Shown here: positions 57,003 through 58,081 of the stretch, piece by piece
Layout of the letters: every line of letters begins with the position of its first letter
Position numbering within the stretch: position 1 is the stretch's first letter
Assembly: GCA_036502465.1 (NCBI GenBank)
Contig: DASXYO010000163.1
Span: forward strand, 1 to 58,081
Direction of reading: 5' to 3'
DNA length: 58,081 nucleotides
Source of the DNA: Chthoniobacterales bacterium
GTDB taxonomy: Bacteria > Verrucomicrobiota > Verrucomicrobiia > Chthoniobacterales > UBA10450
Program-made: the position numbers and the translations under genes
Notes under the pieces: model-generated
The model's database searches: none
The model's input: the letters and a program-made list of their open reading frames with translations, nothing else
What the model was told of the DNA's origin: nothing

Positions 57003-58081
57003 ATGTTACGTTTTGGTCTATTGAATCAAAACCCGCCATTCCCAACGCCGGAAGAACTGCAGAGCAAGCTCTCCGAATTCATGAAATCGAACTTCGGAGA
57101 CAAAGTCTCTTTCGCGAGCTTTGCCCAGCCCGAGCGCGCCGAAGAGGGCGATGACGAAAAGCCGATCCAGCAGAGCGGCGACCATTTTGTTTTCGATTTT
57201 CTGCCACGCGACATCAAGGCCCATCTCGACCGCTTTGTTATCAAGCAGGACGAAGCGAAAAAGGTCCTCTCGATCGCGGTCTGCGATCACTACAACCACG
57301 TCAATTACATCCGCCAGTTGGAGAGCGAAGACGCTCTCCGCGCCGAGGAGACCGAGTACGCGAAACAAAACGTCATCCTCGTCGGCCCGACCGGGGTTGG
57401 AAAAACTTACCTCATCAAGCACATCGCCGACCTGATCAAAGTTCCGTTCGTCAAAGCCGACGCGACCAAGTTTAGCGAGACCGGTTACGTCGGCGGCGAT
57501 GTGGAGGATCTCGTTAGGGAGCTTGTCCAGAAGGCTGATGGCGATGTTGGCCTCGCGCAGTTTGGCATCATCTACATCGACGAAGTCGACAAGCTGGCCG
57601 CGGCTTCCAACATGCACGGTCGCGACGTGAGCGGGCGCGGCGTCCAGACGACGCTCCTCAAGCTAATGGAAGAAACCGAAGTGCCGCTGCGGAGCGCGAA
57701 CGATCTCCAGGGACAGCTTCAGGCCGCCTTTGAATTCCAGAAGCGCGGGAAGGCGAAGCGCGAAACAATCAGCACGCGGCACATCTTGTTTGTCGTGAGC
57801 GGCGCCTTCGAGCGTTTGAAGACGCAGGTCTCGAAGCGGCTCGCGCAGGGGCAGATTGGGTTCAAGGCCGAGCCGGTCAAAGTGCTCGACAACGAAATCT
57901 TCCAGCACGTCGGGACGCAGGATTTTGTCGAGTACGGGTTCGAGCCGGAATTCATCGGCCGGCTTCCGGTTCGAGTCGTCTGCGAGGAACTGACGGCGGA
58001 CGATCTCTTCAAGATCATGAAGTTTTCCGAGGGCAGCATCCTGCGGCAATACGAGCGCGCCTTCCGCGCCTACGGGATCGA
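57003..58081 (+). CDS. ClpX-like AAA+ ATPase lacking the N-terminal zinc-binding domain (3' partial, runs off the window)
   Basis: Not in the ORF track because there is no stop in the window. My translation is MLRFGLLNQNPPFPTPEELQSKLSEFMKSNFGDKV...LDRFVIKQDEAKKVLSIAVCDHYNH...VILVGPTGVGKTYL (Walker A)...IIYIDEVDKL (Walker B)...EPEFIGRLPV. An alternative start is the ATG at 57081. Confidence 0.75.
   Translation, partial: MLRFGLLNQNPPFPTPEELQSKLSEFMKSNFGDKVSFASFAQPERAEEGDDEKPIQQSGDHFVFDFLPRDIKAHLDRFVIKQDEAKKVLSIAVCDHYNHVNYIRQLESEDALRAEETEYAKQNVILVGPTGVGKTYLIKHIADLIKVPFVKADATKFSETGYVGGDVEDLVRELVQKADGDVGLAQFGIIYIDEVDKLAAASNMHGRDVSGRGVQTTLLKLMEETEVPLRSANDLQGQLQAAFEFQKRGKAKRETISTRHILFVVSGAFERLKTQVSKRLAQGQIGFKAEPVKVLDNEIFQHVGTQDFVEYGFEPEFIGRLPVRVVCEELTADDLFKIMKFSEGSILRQYERAFRAYGI

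Noticed and set aside
1-58081. Apparent enrichment of the palindrome GCGATCGC / CGATCG (HIP1-like), e.g. near 3215, 7080, 16355, 36505, 48685, 49565, 52365 and 53165.
   Set aside because: The enrichment is much more modest than that of CCTAACGA. It is plausibly explained by favoured codon pairs (GCG-ATC-GCN, CGA-TCG) in a GC-rich genome. I did not count it rigorously, so it is not reported as a finding.
1-58081. A search for tRNA, rRNA, CRISPR arrays, transposases, integrases, toxin-antitoxin pairs or restriction-modification genes.
   Set aside because: I recognised none by eye in any spacer or ORF. The spacers are short (mostly under 200 nt) and are occupied by the repeats and motifs described above. 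A covariance-model scan would be needed to exclude small ncRNAs.

Overview
GC-rich bacterial chromosomal segment with about 54 protein genes. I found no rRNA, tRNA, CRISPR array, transposase or integrase. The gene content suggests an aerobic soil-type bacterium, possibly from the PVC/Verrucomicrobia group, but that is a guess. Left to right: pqiABC lipid-transport operon; a sensory-rhodopsin-transducer homolog; PoxB-like pyruvate oxidase; an enolase-superfamily gene bracketed by two inverted MITE-like elements; a fused FAD/Fe-S 2-hydroxyacid dehydrogenase; a complete Alternative Complex III operon (actABCDEF) joined to SCO1 and caa3-type oxidase subunits II and I; housekeeping genes (ald, recF, smc, queCF, apt, a hem operon, rpsU, secDF-yajC); secreted hydrolases; and a partial ClpX-like gene that the ORF track misses. 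Two observations stand out. (1) The 8-mer CCTAACGA/TCGTTAGG occurs at least 64 times, about once per 0.9 kb. It occurs in both orientations, in all stop-free reading frames, in spacers and inside stop codons. This is a DNA-level signal resembling an uptake-signal or binding-site motif, and I cannot match it to any described motif. (2) A tightly packed triad sits directly downstream of the hem operon: a GrpE-like protein, a lid-less Hsp70, and a J-like protein (no HPD) fused to an FGE/SUMF1-like domain that lacks the catalytic cysteines. A third MITE-like element fills the only large spacer in the ACIII operon.
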